The notes: generated by a model from the sequence alone, not told the origin. A stretch of 64,000 bases of DNA from the human T2T-CHM13v2.0 reference genome, Homo sapiens (GCF_009914755.1 NC_060943.1), one strand, 5' to 3'; shown: positions 15,819 through 38,473, numbered from the stretch's first letter. Program-made: numbers and translations.

Positions 15819-17029
15819 TCACTGTCTCAAGATGGTTTAGTGGCACCTTCATAACTCACTGCAACCTCAACCTCTTGGCTCAGGTGATCTTCCCACCTCA
15901 GCCTCCAAAGTAGCTGGGACCACAGGCTCATCCCACTATGCCCTGCTAATTTTTGTCATCTTTTGTAGAGATGGGATCTCGCCATGTCACCTGGGCTGGT
16001 CTCGAACTCCTGGGCTCAAGTGATCCGCCCACCTTCACCTCCCAAAGTGCTGGGATTACAGGCATGAGCCACCACACCTGCCTTCTAGGGGTGTCTTAAG
16101 AGTTGTAAGACACATCTCAGAAGCTGTGGGTGGCATTCTAGGTTGTCCCCAAGGACTGTGGGGTGCATCTTGGGATTCTGTTCTAGGGTGTGAGACTGTC
16201 TTAGGAGCTGGAGAGGAATCTAGTTGTGTCCCTGGGGTCTATTGGGGCACCCCAGATTTTGCTGGCATCTCCATGGTTACTAGGGCATCCCCTGAGTCTG
16301 AAGGCATTCCCGAGGTTGTCTTGGGGTCTCAGCACTTGTGGGGGCATCTCAGAGATGCTGTAGAACCATTCAGGGATTAAGGGACATCTGAGGGACTGTG
16401 GAGGTGTTCCTGGGGTCTGTGGAGAACTCTAGGATTTGGTGGGAACCTATATTCGGTCTATGAAAATGGCTCTGTGGGTGTGGGGGATTCTGGGGGTACT
16501 GAGGGAGGGTCTATGCATGATGGGATGATGAGAGTTGGGGATGATGGGGAGCTCTGGAGGAATTTTGGGACATCTGAGGAACTGTGGTGGGGGTTCTGGG
16601 ATCTGAAGGGTTTTCCCTGGGCTCTCAGAGCACCACTGGCAGGGAGTTTGTGGGAGTGCCCCCAGAGATTTGGGGGCATCCCTGGCATTTGTGGATGCAC
16701 CCTGGGATTCTCAGGGCACTCCTGGGGCTTGTGGCATGTCCCAGAAACAGTGAGAATACTGCTAGGATTATGGGGGCATCTGGAGAGCTATGAGAGTGCC
16801 CTAGGGTTTATGAGGGTGTCTCAGAACACCTCTAAGTTGTGCTGAGAAGCCCCGGGATTTGGGGGGGTACCCCTGGACTTCTTGTGTGGGGTTGTCTCAG
16901 GGACAATGAGGGTGCTCCTTGGGATTCTGAGAGACTGTGGGGTGGCTCCTGGGGCTTGTGGGGCCTGTCAACACCACGGGGAGTTTGCAGGAGTGTCCCC
17001 ACAGATTTGGGGGTGTCCCTGGTGTTTGT

Positions 17030-17600
17030 GGGGACGCGTCCGGCGATTGTGAGGACATTAGAGCCAACGCGGGCGGCTTTGGGGTCTGCGGGAGAGTCCC
17101 CACCAGAGCCGTGCGGGCGCCCCAGACCCGCCCCGCCCTGGGGGCGGCTCCAGCGCGAAGCCGGAAGGGCCGAGGCGACAGGGCGGGGTGGGGCCCGCGG
17201 GCCCGGGGCTGGGCAGGCGGCCTGCGTGGGCCTGGCGGGGTGGGCGGCGCAGCTCCCCAGCGCCCGCCGAGGCGGGGCCGCCCCGCGGCCATGGCGCGGC
17301 CGCGCGGCCTAGGCCGCATCCCGGAGCTGCAACTGGTGGCCTTCCCGGTGGCGGTGGCGGCTGAGGACGAGGCGTTCCTGCCCGAGCCCCTGGCCCCGCG
17401 CGCGCCCCGCCGCCCGCGTTCGCCGCCCTCCTCGCCCGTCTTCTTCGCCAGCCCGTCCCCAACTTTCCGCAGACGCCTTCGGCTTCTCCGCAGCTGCCAG
17501 GATTTGGGCCGCCAGGCTTGGGCTGGGGCTGGGTAAGTGCAGCGCTGGTGGCCGTGGGTTCAAGTCGCCCCTGGCCACCTGGCGCACTCCAGGGTCTAGG
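17030..17600. promoter_or_regulatory. CpG island / PDE4A11 promoter
   Basis: CpG-dense, with GC boxes upstream of ATG 17291. Confidence 0.8.
17291..17532 (+). CDS. PDE4A: PDE4A11 first exon MARPRGLGRIPEL...QAWAGA
   Basis: gccATGG, 242 nt, donor gg|gtaagt in phase 2. Confidence 0.93.
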
Positions 17601-18429
17601 GTTCGTGGCTCACTCTCTCCAGCCTCACTTTCCTCTTCTGTCACATAGCAGCGATCAAAATCATCCCTGACCGCCAGGGTTGCCCTGGAGACCTCTGATA
17701 GGGCATGCAGTAGACGTTTAATAAATGTTGCATCCTTCCCACTTCCTGTGCAAACCTGAAGCTGCGGTCACGCTTTGGAGGAGTGAGGGCGACCTGCCAT
17801 CCAGGTCATGTGTTCATCCTGGGGTATGTGTTCAGTTCTGTCAGCCTCAGTCTACTGGCCTGTGAAATGGGGCCAGTCATGCCTTCTGTGGGTGGCCTTG
17901 CGGTGAGGCTTGGTGTCACTCCTAGTACCGGGCCACAGAGGGCAAATGGAAGTTCCCTTTCTGGCCAGACGGGGTGGGCTGCGGGGGCTTGAAGTCTGGG
18001 AGTGACAGGCCCCGAGGCCACATCCAGTCTGGCTTTCTAATGTCCTTATATCCTGGAGGCAGAAGTTGGCAGCCCGGAGTTGGGCACTGGCTGGCCCTGG
18101 GGGCTTCTCCGGGTCCTCAGCCTCCCCCTCTTCCACCTACTTTCCACGTGCAATTGAGGCACAGACTGAAGGAGGGCACGGCGGGGCAGGACCGGGCCCA
18201 GCGACTGGCCCCAGGAACGAAATGGGGCGGGGACAGAAGAGGAAGAGGGGCCAGGGCCTTTGGGAGCCCCGCGTGGGGTCCGCAGGGTGTGTGTAGGGAA
18301 ATCGTTGCTTCTCTCCGGGTCTCTCTCTCTGCGTCCTGCGTCTCTGTCTCCACTTCTGTCTCTTCTGTCTCTGTTTTGTTTCTCCTTCCCACCGCTGAGC
18401 TGCACCTTCCCCTCCCCTGGGTTTATGTC

Positions 18430-19030
18430 ACCCGGCCCCACACTCGAGTCCCGTTTCCCCGGGGGCGCACGGCGATCAGCGATCAGAGACCTCGAGCGGG
18501 CCCAGCTCGACGTCAGGGCGGGGAGGGGGGAAAGGCGGGGCCGGAGGCGGTGGCAGGAGGGCGGGCCCGGAGCCGGGAAACCGGAGCCCCGGGGCACCCC
18601 AGAGGCCTAGGAGGGAGGAGACGGGGGGGGGGGGGGGGAAGTGTGCGTCCGACTCCGCAGGACCCCTGCAGGGGGAGGCAGACAGAGCGCCCGTGCGCTC
18701 CCCTCCCCCGTGCAGACCCGGGAACGCTCGACCGCCCGGGGCTGTCCCTGGGGGGGTCACCAGAGGCGTGGAGGCGGTGCCGGCAGTGGAGGCCGCAGAC
18801 ACCTTGGGCCTGGCCAGCAGCGCGCGCCACACCGCCCTGCCGCCGTCCCCATGCGCGCCCCGACGACGGCGCTTGGCTCCCATGCGCTCCGGTGCAGCGC
18901 CCCGGGCCCGGCCCCGGCCCCCTGCCCTGGCACTGCCCCCCACGGGCCCCGAGTCCCTGACCCACTTCCCCTTCAGCGATGAGGACACCCGTCGGCACCC
19001 TCCGGGCAGATCTGTCAGGTGGGTGGCCCG
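18430..19030. promoter_or_regulatory. CpG island / PDE4A10 promoter
   Basis: CpG-rich, with GC boxes at 18516-18570 and a G16 run at 18623-18638. Confidence 0.75.
18882..19018 (+). CDS. PDE4A: PDE4A10 first exon MRSGAAPRARPR...PPGRSV
   Basis: 137 nt, donor ag|gtgggt in phase 2; the N-terminus is recognised. Confidence 0.9.
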
Positions 19031-20382
19031 TGGCCAGTCAGTCCTCTCTTTTAATACTGAAGGGCACTGGCTGTGCTGGGGGGGTGGGGGTGCTGAGTCT
19101 ACCTGGGTGAGTCCCCTAAGTGGCTTCCAGGATCTGGCTGGGGCCCCACCCCCTTTCCTGGCTCTAAAGGCCTGGGGTGCTGCTGAGGGCTTCTTGAAGG
19201 TGGCAGCCCTCAAAGTGGGTGCTGGGTCCATTCCTGCCTATCCAAGGTAGGACCCGTCACCCTCTTTGTGTCCTTAAACCTGAGCTTCTGGCATTCACTT
19301 TGGCTGCAAATATGGGTGTCCAGCGTCACCTGGGCTCCACTCCCAGGCCACTGGCCTAGAACCAGATCCCTAAGTCCCTGCCTGGCTCAGTGTCTCCAGC
19401 CTTACCTTCCCCACCCCCTCTCATGCTGGAGCTGCCAGGCTGAAAACCAAGCTGGGTTGGGGGTGGGGAGGGGAGATTCTGGGTCTCATGGAGGGTGTTT
19501 AGAATAGGCTGGACTGAGCTGGGGCTGTGAGTGGCCTTTAAGTTCTCAGAATTCTCAGGGGTTTCTAGCCTTGTTCTTGCTTTCCTGCTCCATGGTCTCT
19601 AACACAGACACACACACAGGGCCGCACACAGGGCAATCCGGGTCACCTGGTGTTTACCGTACTAGGTATGGGTCTCCTGGCTGCACCAAGAGGACCCTGC
19701 AGTTGACTCATGGCCACACACAGGTGACACACAGACCACAGCAACCCTGGCCCAGCCCTCGCACATCCTCGTCTACACTGCGTTCCTCCACAGTGGGGGA
19801 CATTGTATTTTGGTGAGACACATTCTCACAAAAATACACACCCAGGGCCCACACATGTTCCTGTATGCTGTACTCCCACCTGCACCAGATACACACAGGA
19901 ACGCACCCCGTGCCCACACAGGGGTCAGGGACTGTCACAGTATCAGTGCGACACGGTCTCATAAAGTCACCCAGACTCAGAAATACACAGATAAAGACAC
20001 AGAGATGCACACAGGCACCCATGAGCACCCAGCCCCTGCTCACACAGGCAGATGTGCGATGCCACAGAGATGTCTATGTGTGATGCCCGGGGGCACACAG
20101 ACCTCCCTCTCCCCCAGTCTCTTACATACTCAGCCCCCCAAAGAGCTGTGTCACCTGGCACTACGCGCCTGCCTGGGAGACACACACCAGCACCCGCCTT
20201 CAACCTCCATGTGACCTTCACAAAGCAAATGCCAGGCCTTTCCATAAAGGCTGCCTGGCACCACCTACAAGTGAGTCAGGTGGAAAAGCACGGGGAGCCG
20301 GGGGAGACACCAGGCCTGCCTGCCCTGTGCGCCCCGGGGGAAGACACTCGTCGCAGCTTTGTAGCTCAGCTGCCTGGGTTCA

Positions 20383-20838
<456 letters not shown>

Positions 20839-21848
20839 TAGATGGGGTTTCTCTATGGTGGCCAGGCTGATCTCAAACTCCTGGCCCTAAGTGATCCATC
20901 CACCTTGGCCTCCCAAAGTGCTGGGATTACAGACGTGAGCCACCGTGCCTGGCCTCAGTTTCTTTGTCTGGAAAATGGAGCATTAATGCATGTTACAGTA
21001 TAGCACAATGCCTAGCATGTGGTCTTCACATAAGTTTGTTTTTTTTTTCTTTCTTGAGATGGAGTCTCACTCTGTCACCCAGGCTGGAGTGCAGTGGTGC
21101 GATCTTGCCTCACTGCAATCTGTGCCTCCTGGGTTCAACCAATTCTCCTGCCTCAGACTCCCAAGTAGCTAGGATTACAAGCGCCCCGCCACCACGCCTG
21201 GCTAATTTTTATATTTTTAGTAGAGACAGGTTTCCCCATGTTGGCCAGGCTGGTCTCGAACTGCTGACCTCAAGTGATCTGCCCGCCTTGGCCTCCCAAA
21301 GTGCTGGGATTACAGGCATGAGCCACTGTGCCCAGCTTTTTTTTTTTTTTTTTTTTTTTGAGACAGCATCTCTATCATCCAGGCTGGGATGCAGTGGTAT
21401 CATCTCTGCTCTCTGCAACCTCTGCTTCCCAGGCTCAAGCGATGCTCCAACAGGCATGAGCCACGGCGCCTGGCCATAGTTCTTGTTATTATAATCTTTA
21501 CCAATGTGTTCGTTTCCCCCGCCCCCGCTCCCTAGCTTGTTTGTGTCCCGTCAGTCCCTGCAGTAGTCATCCCCCAAGGCCTAGACTCTCCCTGGGCTGC
21601 ATAGCCCTCAACAAGCCCAATTTCATGCTCCCAAAAGCCCTGGTGGGAAGGCCTAGGGGCCACGTGGAGGGGGAAACAGGTAGCAACTTCATCTGAAAGT
21701 GTCACCAAATGATCAGCCTGAGGCCAGATGCAGTGGTCATGCCTATAAACCCAGCATTTTGAGAGGGCGAGACTTTGGGAAGCAGATTGCTTGAGTCTAG
21801 GAGTTCAAGACCAGCCTGGGCAACATGGTGAAACCCCATTTCTGCTTA

Positions 21849-22064
<216 letters not shown>

Positions 22065-22691
22065 TTAGCCTGCCTAAGAGGGAGTCTTGGGCGGGTCACT
22101 TCACCTCCAATGGAGCGTCTGGGCATGTGGCTGTGATGTAAGGCTGGCAGCTACCCCTGTGTCTGGGTTGCAACCTTGGGTCCCATGGGGATGTTGCTGG
22201 AGTGGCCTCTGGCCTAACTTTGGGCCACCCTGAGCAGTCAGTGGCAAGCCAGGGAGGGGTGACTCTCCATGGCTCAGGGATCTGATTCTGGGGCATCACT
22301 GGCCCTGACTCTCCCCTATCCCCACCAGCTCCCAGGCAGCAGTTCTATAGCCCTGTCCCCTCCCCTCTGTCCTCCCTCAGCCCAGGGGACATCGGGTCTT
22401 GAAACAGAAACAGCAGGGCCCCAGGGAGTGTCCTCTTCCCATCCAGGCCTCTGGGCTCCTGCTGACGTGAGCTGAGTCCCTTGGGGCTGGTGGATGTGCC
22501 AGGATGTGCTAGCTGGGCACCTGCTTGGGAACAGAGTCTCACCGTCCTAAACTGCAGCTTAAATCCTAGGCCGGGGAGTTGGAGGTGTGTAGCTATGTTC
22601 CTCTCGCCTTCTCTGGAGCTGAAAAAAAATCCACCTTAGGAGACAGGACACAGTTCTCAGACAATGAAGCCACCAACCCCTTGTCTCCTTA

Positions 22692-22976
<285 letters not shown>

Positions 22977-23576
22977 CTAGGCAATAAGAGCGAAACTCTG
23001 TCTCAAAAAAACAACAACAAAAACCAGGACCTATATGTTAACTTATAGAGTGGGTTGGAGCCCTCTGTCGGTTAATGTGTATAAAGCACTTTCATAATGC
23101 CAGGCACACAGCAAGCATTCAATAAATGTCTTGTTATTATTACTGTATGCCTGAAAGGATCTAACCTGGCACCCAGGACACAGCAGGTGCTCAACAAATG
23201 GACACTATTGGCTGGGTGCAGTGGCTCACGCCTGTAATCCCAGCACACTGGGAGGCTGAGGCGGGTGGATCACCTGAGGTCAGGAGTTCGAGACTGGCCT
23301 GGCCAACATGGTGAAACCCGTCTCTACTAAAAATACAAAAATTAGCCAGGTGTAGTGGCGCACACCTGTAGTCCCAGCTACTCGAGAGACTGAGTCAGGA
23401 GAATTGCTTGAGCCCGGCAGCAGAGGTTGCAGTGAGCTGAGATCACATCACTACACTCCAGCCTGGGTGACAGAGTGAGACTCCATCTCAAAAATAAATA
23501 AATAAATAAATAAATGGACATTATCATCAAAGGTCCAAGCTGATGATCTATGATTATCTCACCTTAAGAACCTTAA

Positions 23577-23699
<123 letters not shown>

Positions 23700-24167
23700 T
23701 GAGTAGCTGAGATCACAGGCGCACACCAGCACGCCAAGCTAATTTTTGTATTTTTAGTAGAGACGGGGTTTCACCATGTTGGTCAGGCTGGTCTCGAACT
23801 CCTGATCTCATGATCTGCCCGCCTTGGCCTCCCAAAGTGTTGGGATTACAGGCGTAAGCCACCGTGCCCGGCCTTTTTCTTTTTTTTTTGAGATAGGGTC
23901 TCACTGTATCATCCAGTCTGGAGTGCAGTGGCATGATCACAGCTCACTGCAGCCTCCAAATCCTGGTCTCAAGCAATCATCTTGCATCAGCCTCTTGAGT
24001 AGCTGGGACTATACACATGCACCACCATGCTCAGCTAACTTAAATTTTTTGTAGAGACAGGGTCTTGCTATGTTGCCCAGGCTGGTCTCAAACTCCTGGA
24101 CTTAAGTGATCCTCCCACCTCAGCTTCTCAAAGTGCTGTGATTATAGGAATGAGCCATTCTGCTTGG

Positions 24168-28535
<4,368 letters not shown>

Positions 28536-28707
28536 TCTGGGGTTAGACTAGTAGGTAGATTTCAGGCTATGCTCTGAGTGGGTGCAAGTGGAGAGGGAGA
28601 GAGGATAGGAACCCCCCGCTTCCCCTTTCTAGGTCAGCCTATAGAGAGTCACCATAAGACTTTACTGGAATGGTCTCTCTACTAAGAAATAAGTTTGAAA
28701 TCTCCTA

Positions 28708-29107
<400 letters not shown>

Positions 29108-29122
29108 CTATCCTGGGCAACA

Positions 29123-29470
29123 TATTACTATTACTATTATTACCTTATTATTATAATTACTTATTACATATTACCTTATTACTATTATTACATATTACCT
29201 TATTACTATTATTACATATTACCATATTACTATTATCACATACTACTAATATATGTAATATTACTAATATTACATATATAATATCAGTAATATTATATAT
29301 AGTAATATTATATACATGCATGTAATATTAGTAATAGTGCATATACATGTATGCAATATTAGCAATATTGCATATGCATATATAATACTAGCAATATTGT
29401 ATATGCATGTGTATGTAATATTAGTAATATTACATATTACATATTACCAATATTACATATTACCTATTAC
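29123..29470. repeat. AT-rich low-complexity/palindromic insert inside an AluJ
   Basis: A 24-mer ttacatattaccttattactatta occurs 3 times, followed by short perfect palindromes. Alu arms lie on both sides. Confidence 0.85.
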
Positions 29471-29632
29471 TACAAAAAATTCAAAAATTATCTGGGTGTG
29501 GTGGCACGTGCCTATAGTCCCAGCCACTCCCGAGGCTTAGGTGGGGGGATCGCTAGAGTCCAGGAGGCTGCAGTGAGCTATGATGGTTCCACTGCACTCC
29601 AGCCTGGGCAACAGAGTGAGACCCCATCACTA

Positions 29633-30458
<826 letters not shown>

Positions 30459-30618
30459 TCAAAAAAAAAAAAAAAAAGATAAATATAGATTATGTCAAGT
30501 AAGTAGTGGGATTTTAGTTTGTGTGTGTGTGTTTTAAGGAAGAGAAATAGTATTGGGCTGGGCACGGTGGCTCACGCCTGTAATCACAGCACTTTGGGAG
30601 GTAGAGGTGGGCAGATCA

Positions 30619-30987
<369 letters not shown>

Positions 30988-31929
30988 TTAGCTGGGTTGG
31001 TCAGGGGAGGCTTCTTTGTGGCAGTGACATTTGAGCAGAGGCCTGAAGGAGGGAAAGAGGAGCCGCTGCAAATCTGGGCTGGAGAAACAGCCTGTGCAAA
31101 GGCCCTGAGGCAGGACTGTGTCTGAGATTTTTTTTTTTTTTTTTTGAGATGGAGTCTTGCTCTGTTGCCCAGACTGGAGCGCAGTGGCAAGATCTTGGCC
31201 CTCACTGCAACCTCCGTTTCCTGGGTTCAAGTGATTCTCCTGCCTCAGCCTCCCAAGTAGCTGGGATTACAGGCATCCACCACCACGCCTGGCTAATTTT
31301 TGTATTTTTATTAGAGATGGGGTTTTGCCATGTTGGCCAGGCTGGTAGAGAACTCCTGACCTTCAGTGATCTGCCCACCTTGGCCTCCCAAAGTGCTGGG
31401 ATTACAGGCATGAGCCACCTCACCCCGGCCTGTGTCTGAGATTTTTAGGGAACAGTGAGGAGGCCATTGTGGCTGGAGCAGAATGAGTGAGGGGGGAAGG
31501 GAAAGTCGTGGGACAGGACCTGTGAGCTGCAGTGAGGACTTTGGATTTTGCCCAGAGTAAGGTGGGATCCATCGAAGGTTCTGAGCAGAGGGAGGACTTG
31601 ACCTCATTCAGGTGTTTCCAAGCTCGCCCTGGTGGCCACTGAAGAAAGACTGGGGGTTGAAAACAGGAGGTGGGTACTAGGGCAGAGGTGAATGCAACCA
31701 GTCCTGGCTGAGGGAAGCTGACCAAGGAGTGGGTGAGAAGTAGACAGATTCTGGATAGATTTTGGCACCAAGGCTGATTTGAGGTACGAAGGAAAGAGTG
31801 AATGATCCCATAAATTTTGGCCTTGGGGTGTCCCCAGCACAGCAGTGGGGATGGATGCACACCGGTGCTCAAGTTCCATCTTTGCAATTCTGTGTCTCCC
31901 GTCTCTTTTAGGGCATCTGTCTTTCTTTA

Positions 31930-32190
<261 letters not shown>

Positions 32191-32314
32191 CTACTCCAGC
32201 CTGGGCCACAGAGCGAGACCATACCTCAAAAAAAAAAAAAAAAAATTCTCCACCTGAATGTCTGCCAGGAATTCCCTTAGGCTCCTCATCCCACCCCCAC
32301 CTTTTTTTTTTTGA

Positions 32315-32422
<108 letters not shown>

Positions 32423-32674
32423 TAGCTGGGATTACAGACACCTGCCACCATGCCCGGCTAATTTTTGTATTTTTAGTGGAGACAGGGTTTCATCATGTTG
32501 GCCAGGCTGGTCTCGAACTCCTGACCTCAAGTGATTCACCCCCACTTGGCCTCCCAAAGTGCTGGGATTACAGGCATTACAGGCGTGAGCCACCGCACCC
32601 GGCCTCCTCATTCCTCTTGACCTCCCTAATAGCGTTTCAGCCTCCTGACCCCTCTTCTCGCCCATCCCCTGCAG

Positions 32675-34133
<1,459 letters not shown>

Positions 34134-34495
34134 ATAGCATGTCCAGCCAGAAAGGTGTGAGTGCCCACCCACTGTATCCTCCCACAGTGTGTACATCTCA
34201 CCTGACCCACCCTCTGCCCTTCCTCCAGGTTTTCCTAAGCTAACCTCCCTTATCGTGACACTTGTTGAGGTGTGAGTTCCCCCTGAACCTGCTCAGCCTC
34301 TTCCTCTCTCACTGGGTTCCTCCAGGCCTTTCCACCAGCCATTGCTGTACACACCTCAACCCACTTGGTCCCCTTCCTGTTCACTGCTCCCCTCATCAAG
34401 CCCCGCCCTTGCAACATATTCACCTCGGGTCAGGCTTGGAAGCTCACACTCATAATCCTAGCACATTTGGAGGCTGAGGCAGAAGGATTGCTTGA

Positions 34496-34782
<287 letters not shown>

Positions 34783-34813
34783 TAAAAGAAAAAATAAATA
34801 AATAAAAAGGTCA

Positions 34814-35115
<302 letters not shown>

Positions 35116-35370
35116 TCACCTCTCCCCTCTCCCCTTTTCCACTTTGTCTCTTCTCCCCGGACCTACCTGAGCCACACTCCTTGACTGCCATTTCTTCCAC
35201 GATCAGCCCTGGACACATATCCACCCTTATGCAGTACAAGTGTTCTTTCCCTAGGTCCCACAGAGTCCCCTCCCTCCCTCTCAGCCTCCCTGGGTCCAGC
35301 CTCACAGGGCATCTACCCCAGACAGTTGCTTCTCTGCGGACCCCTGACCTGCCTCTGTCCTCAATCACAG

Positions 35371-35407
35371 GCACGCTGAAGACCTCATCGTAACACCATT
35401 TGCTCAG
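35371..35407 (+). CDS. PDE4A: Exon 3 (HAEDLIVTPFAQ)
   Basis: cacag| ... cag|gtgaga, 37 nt, in phase. Confidence 0.95.
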
Positions 35408-35533
35408 GTGAGACCTCTTCCCAAATGGTTAAGGAGAGAAGGGGCTCCAATGCTCCGCCACACTTGGGGACAGGGCCCAGCCCCGCTGCCTCTCTAGGGG
35501 AACCCCACTCCTCACTGCCGCTCCCCATCCCAG

Positions 35534-35604
35534 GTGCTGGCCAGCCTCCGGAGCGTCCGTAGCAACTTCTCACTCCTGACCAATGTGCCCGTTCCCAGTA
35601 ACAA
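35534..35604 (+). CDS. PDE4A: Exon 4 (VLASLRSVRSNFSLLTNVPVPSN)
   Basis: cccag| ... aa|gtaagt, 71 nt. Confidence 0.95.
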
Positions 35605-35646
35605 GTAAGTGAAGGCTGGGCTGCAACAGCTGTGATCATAAGGTGA

Positions 35647-36129
<483 letters not shown>

Positions 36130-36450
36130 TAAAGATTTAGGGGTCTGGATGCATGGTGGTGAGGCCACAGCCACAGTCCCCAGGCCCACCCTGGGTCTTG
36201 ACACCAAGTTGCTGGGCAAATGGCATTCCATGGTGCTTCTGTTGCCCTTCTGCAAAGTGATGATCACAGCCAAGCGTGCTGGCTCATGCCTGTAATCCAG
36301 CACTTTGGGAGGCCAAGGCAGGAGGTCACTTGAATTCAGGAGTTCAGGACCAGCCCAGGGGAAACAAAATGAGACCCTGTCTCTAAAAAAAAAAAAAATT
36401 AGCCCAGCATGGTGGCATGTGTCTGTGGTTCCCACCTACACAGAAGGCTA

Positions 36451-36672
<222 letters not shown>

Positions 36673-37056
36673 TTAATTGTTTCAGTGCAAGAGATGTGGC
36701 TGAGAGCTGCCAGTCCTTCTGGGGGTGGGGGATAGAGACATCCTTAGGGGCTTGGAGGATTTGTGGAGAGTTAGGCAAGAGAGCAGAGATCTTGGAAGCC
36801 CAGGACCTGACCTTAAGGCGGATCAGCCATGTGGTCTTGAAGAAGCTGTTTCACCTCCTTGAGCCTCAGTTTCCACATCTATAAAATGGATTTTTCTGGG
36901 ACTCATTGAGGCTGCAGGCAGAGTACATGGCAGCGTCCTTAGGACACGGTGAGTTTTCAGACAAATGAAAATTGGCACTGTTCATGAAAGCGGGAGGCAG
37001 GGACCTGGTGGGGGGACCCAGGCTGACATTGCAGCCCCATTTTTTTTTTTCTGCAG

Positions 37057-37106
37057 GCGGTCCCCGCTGGGCGGCCCCACCCCTGTCTGCAAGGCCACGC
37101 TGTCAG
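37057..37106 (+). CDS. PDE4A: Exon 5 (LR1: RSPLGGPTPVCKATLS)
   Basis: Poly-T then ctgcag| ... g|gtagct, 50 nt. Confidence 0.92.
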
Positions 37107-37282
37107 GTAGCTAAGCCCAGAGGGGTGGGAAGGGGCCCCCCTTGCTGCCCCAGTGGGGGTCCCTCAGCCCCTTCCCCACCCAGCAGTCCACTCACCTGGC
37201 GAACCCCGTCACGGCGGTCTGGAGCCTCTGGGCTTCTGCCTACAGACCTTCTCAGTCACTACCCTGGCTGCCCCTTCCTTAG

Positions 37283-37395
37283 AAGAAACGTGTCAGCAGT
37301 TGGCCCGGGAGACTCTGGAGGAGCTGGACTGGTGTCTGGAGCAGCTGGAGACCATGCAGACCTATCGCTCTGTCAGCGAGATGGCCTCGCACAAG
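37283..37395 (+). CDS. PDE4A: Exon 6 (UCR2 N-half, [15 protein letters not shown])
   Basis: ccttag| ... aag|gtgtgc, 113 nt. Confidence 0.95.
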
Positions 37396-38473
37396 GTGTG
37401 CAGGTGGTGGGCAGAACCCCTGGGCGGGGCAGGCGGGGGCGGGGCCAGTGGGTAGAGCCAACCGCTGGATGGGACCAGTGGGCGCGGCCTGCGGATGGAG
37501 CCAGCCATTAGGTTGTTCCTGTGGGCGGAGATAGCTACTGGGTGTGGCTGATTAGGGCAGGGCCAATCCCTGGGCGGGGGCTGGTGGAGCTGGGCCCTAT
37601 GGATGGAGCCAACCACTAGGTTAGGCCTGTAGCCGAGGCCAACTATTGGGCGTGGCTCATGAGGGTGGGGCCAATCTCTGGGTAGGGTCTATGGTATGGG
37701 GTCAGTCCCTGGGTGGGGCCAACCCCTGGGCGGCAGCTTCAAGGCTTGAAGCTCCTGTAGATTATGACTTTCCCCAGGGCTGGAGGAGCCTGGTGTGTGT
37801 TGTGGGGTGGGGTGTGTCTGTCTGGTTGTACATGTGTCAATAGGTGACCGTTTCCGTTGGGGGGTTTTATGCTTTTATGGTCTGCGGGGGTGTATCTGCG
37901 GCTATAGGTCTGCGTAGCCGCTGGTTTATTGGCTACGCATTTGCAGCGCTGGGGTGTTGGGAATAGATTCTGAAGAGTGGCACGCCAGTGTGTACTTGTG
38001 TAGGTGTATAGGTTTGCACGGGTAATTATGCAGGGTTATAGGTGTGTGGGGCTGTGCCAGAGGGGTGCGCATGTCTGCAGGGGAGAGTTGGACCAGATGG
38101 GAAACTGAATGTGTAGCTCTATGTGTTTGTGAATGTGTGTGTTTGCAGGGCCGTAGGGGTGACTGCAATGCTCCCATGTACAGTTGTGCAGACGGTGCAC
38201 TGCACAACTCCAGGGGACACCATTCAGGAAGCAGGCAGTATGTGTGAATGATGCTTCCTGGAGTTGGAGAGAGTGGTAACAGCCCTTGTGGGCGGGTGCC
38301 TATCAAGAAATGATCTGTAGGTGGGAGTGTCTTTGTTGGGGGGTGCTTACAGCAGTGGGTGGAGGCTTGTATAGGAACATAGCAGTCTGAGGGCGATTGT
38401 GTCCCTGAGGGTGGATCAAGCATCTGAAATGTAGCTGTGTCTTTGGATATGGGTCTGAGGATGTTTCTGCAAT

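Noticed and set aside
16937-17290. Open frame upstream of the 4A11 ATG suggesting a longer N-terminus
   Set aside because: No ATG and a GC-rich sequence; the ATG at 17291 has a perfect Kozak context and gives the expected isoform length.
17974-18960. 328-aa + strand ORF upstream of 4A10
   Set aside because: GTG start, GC-driven composition, no recognisable domain, and out of frame with PDE4A10.
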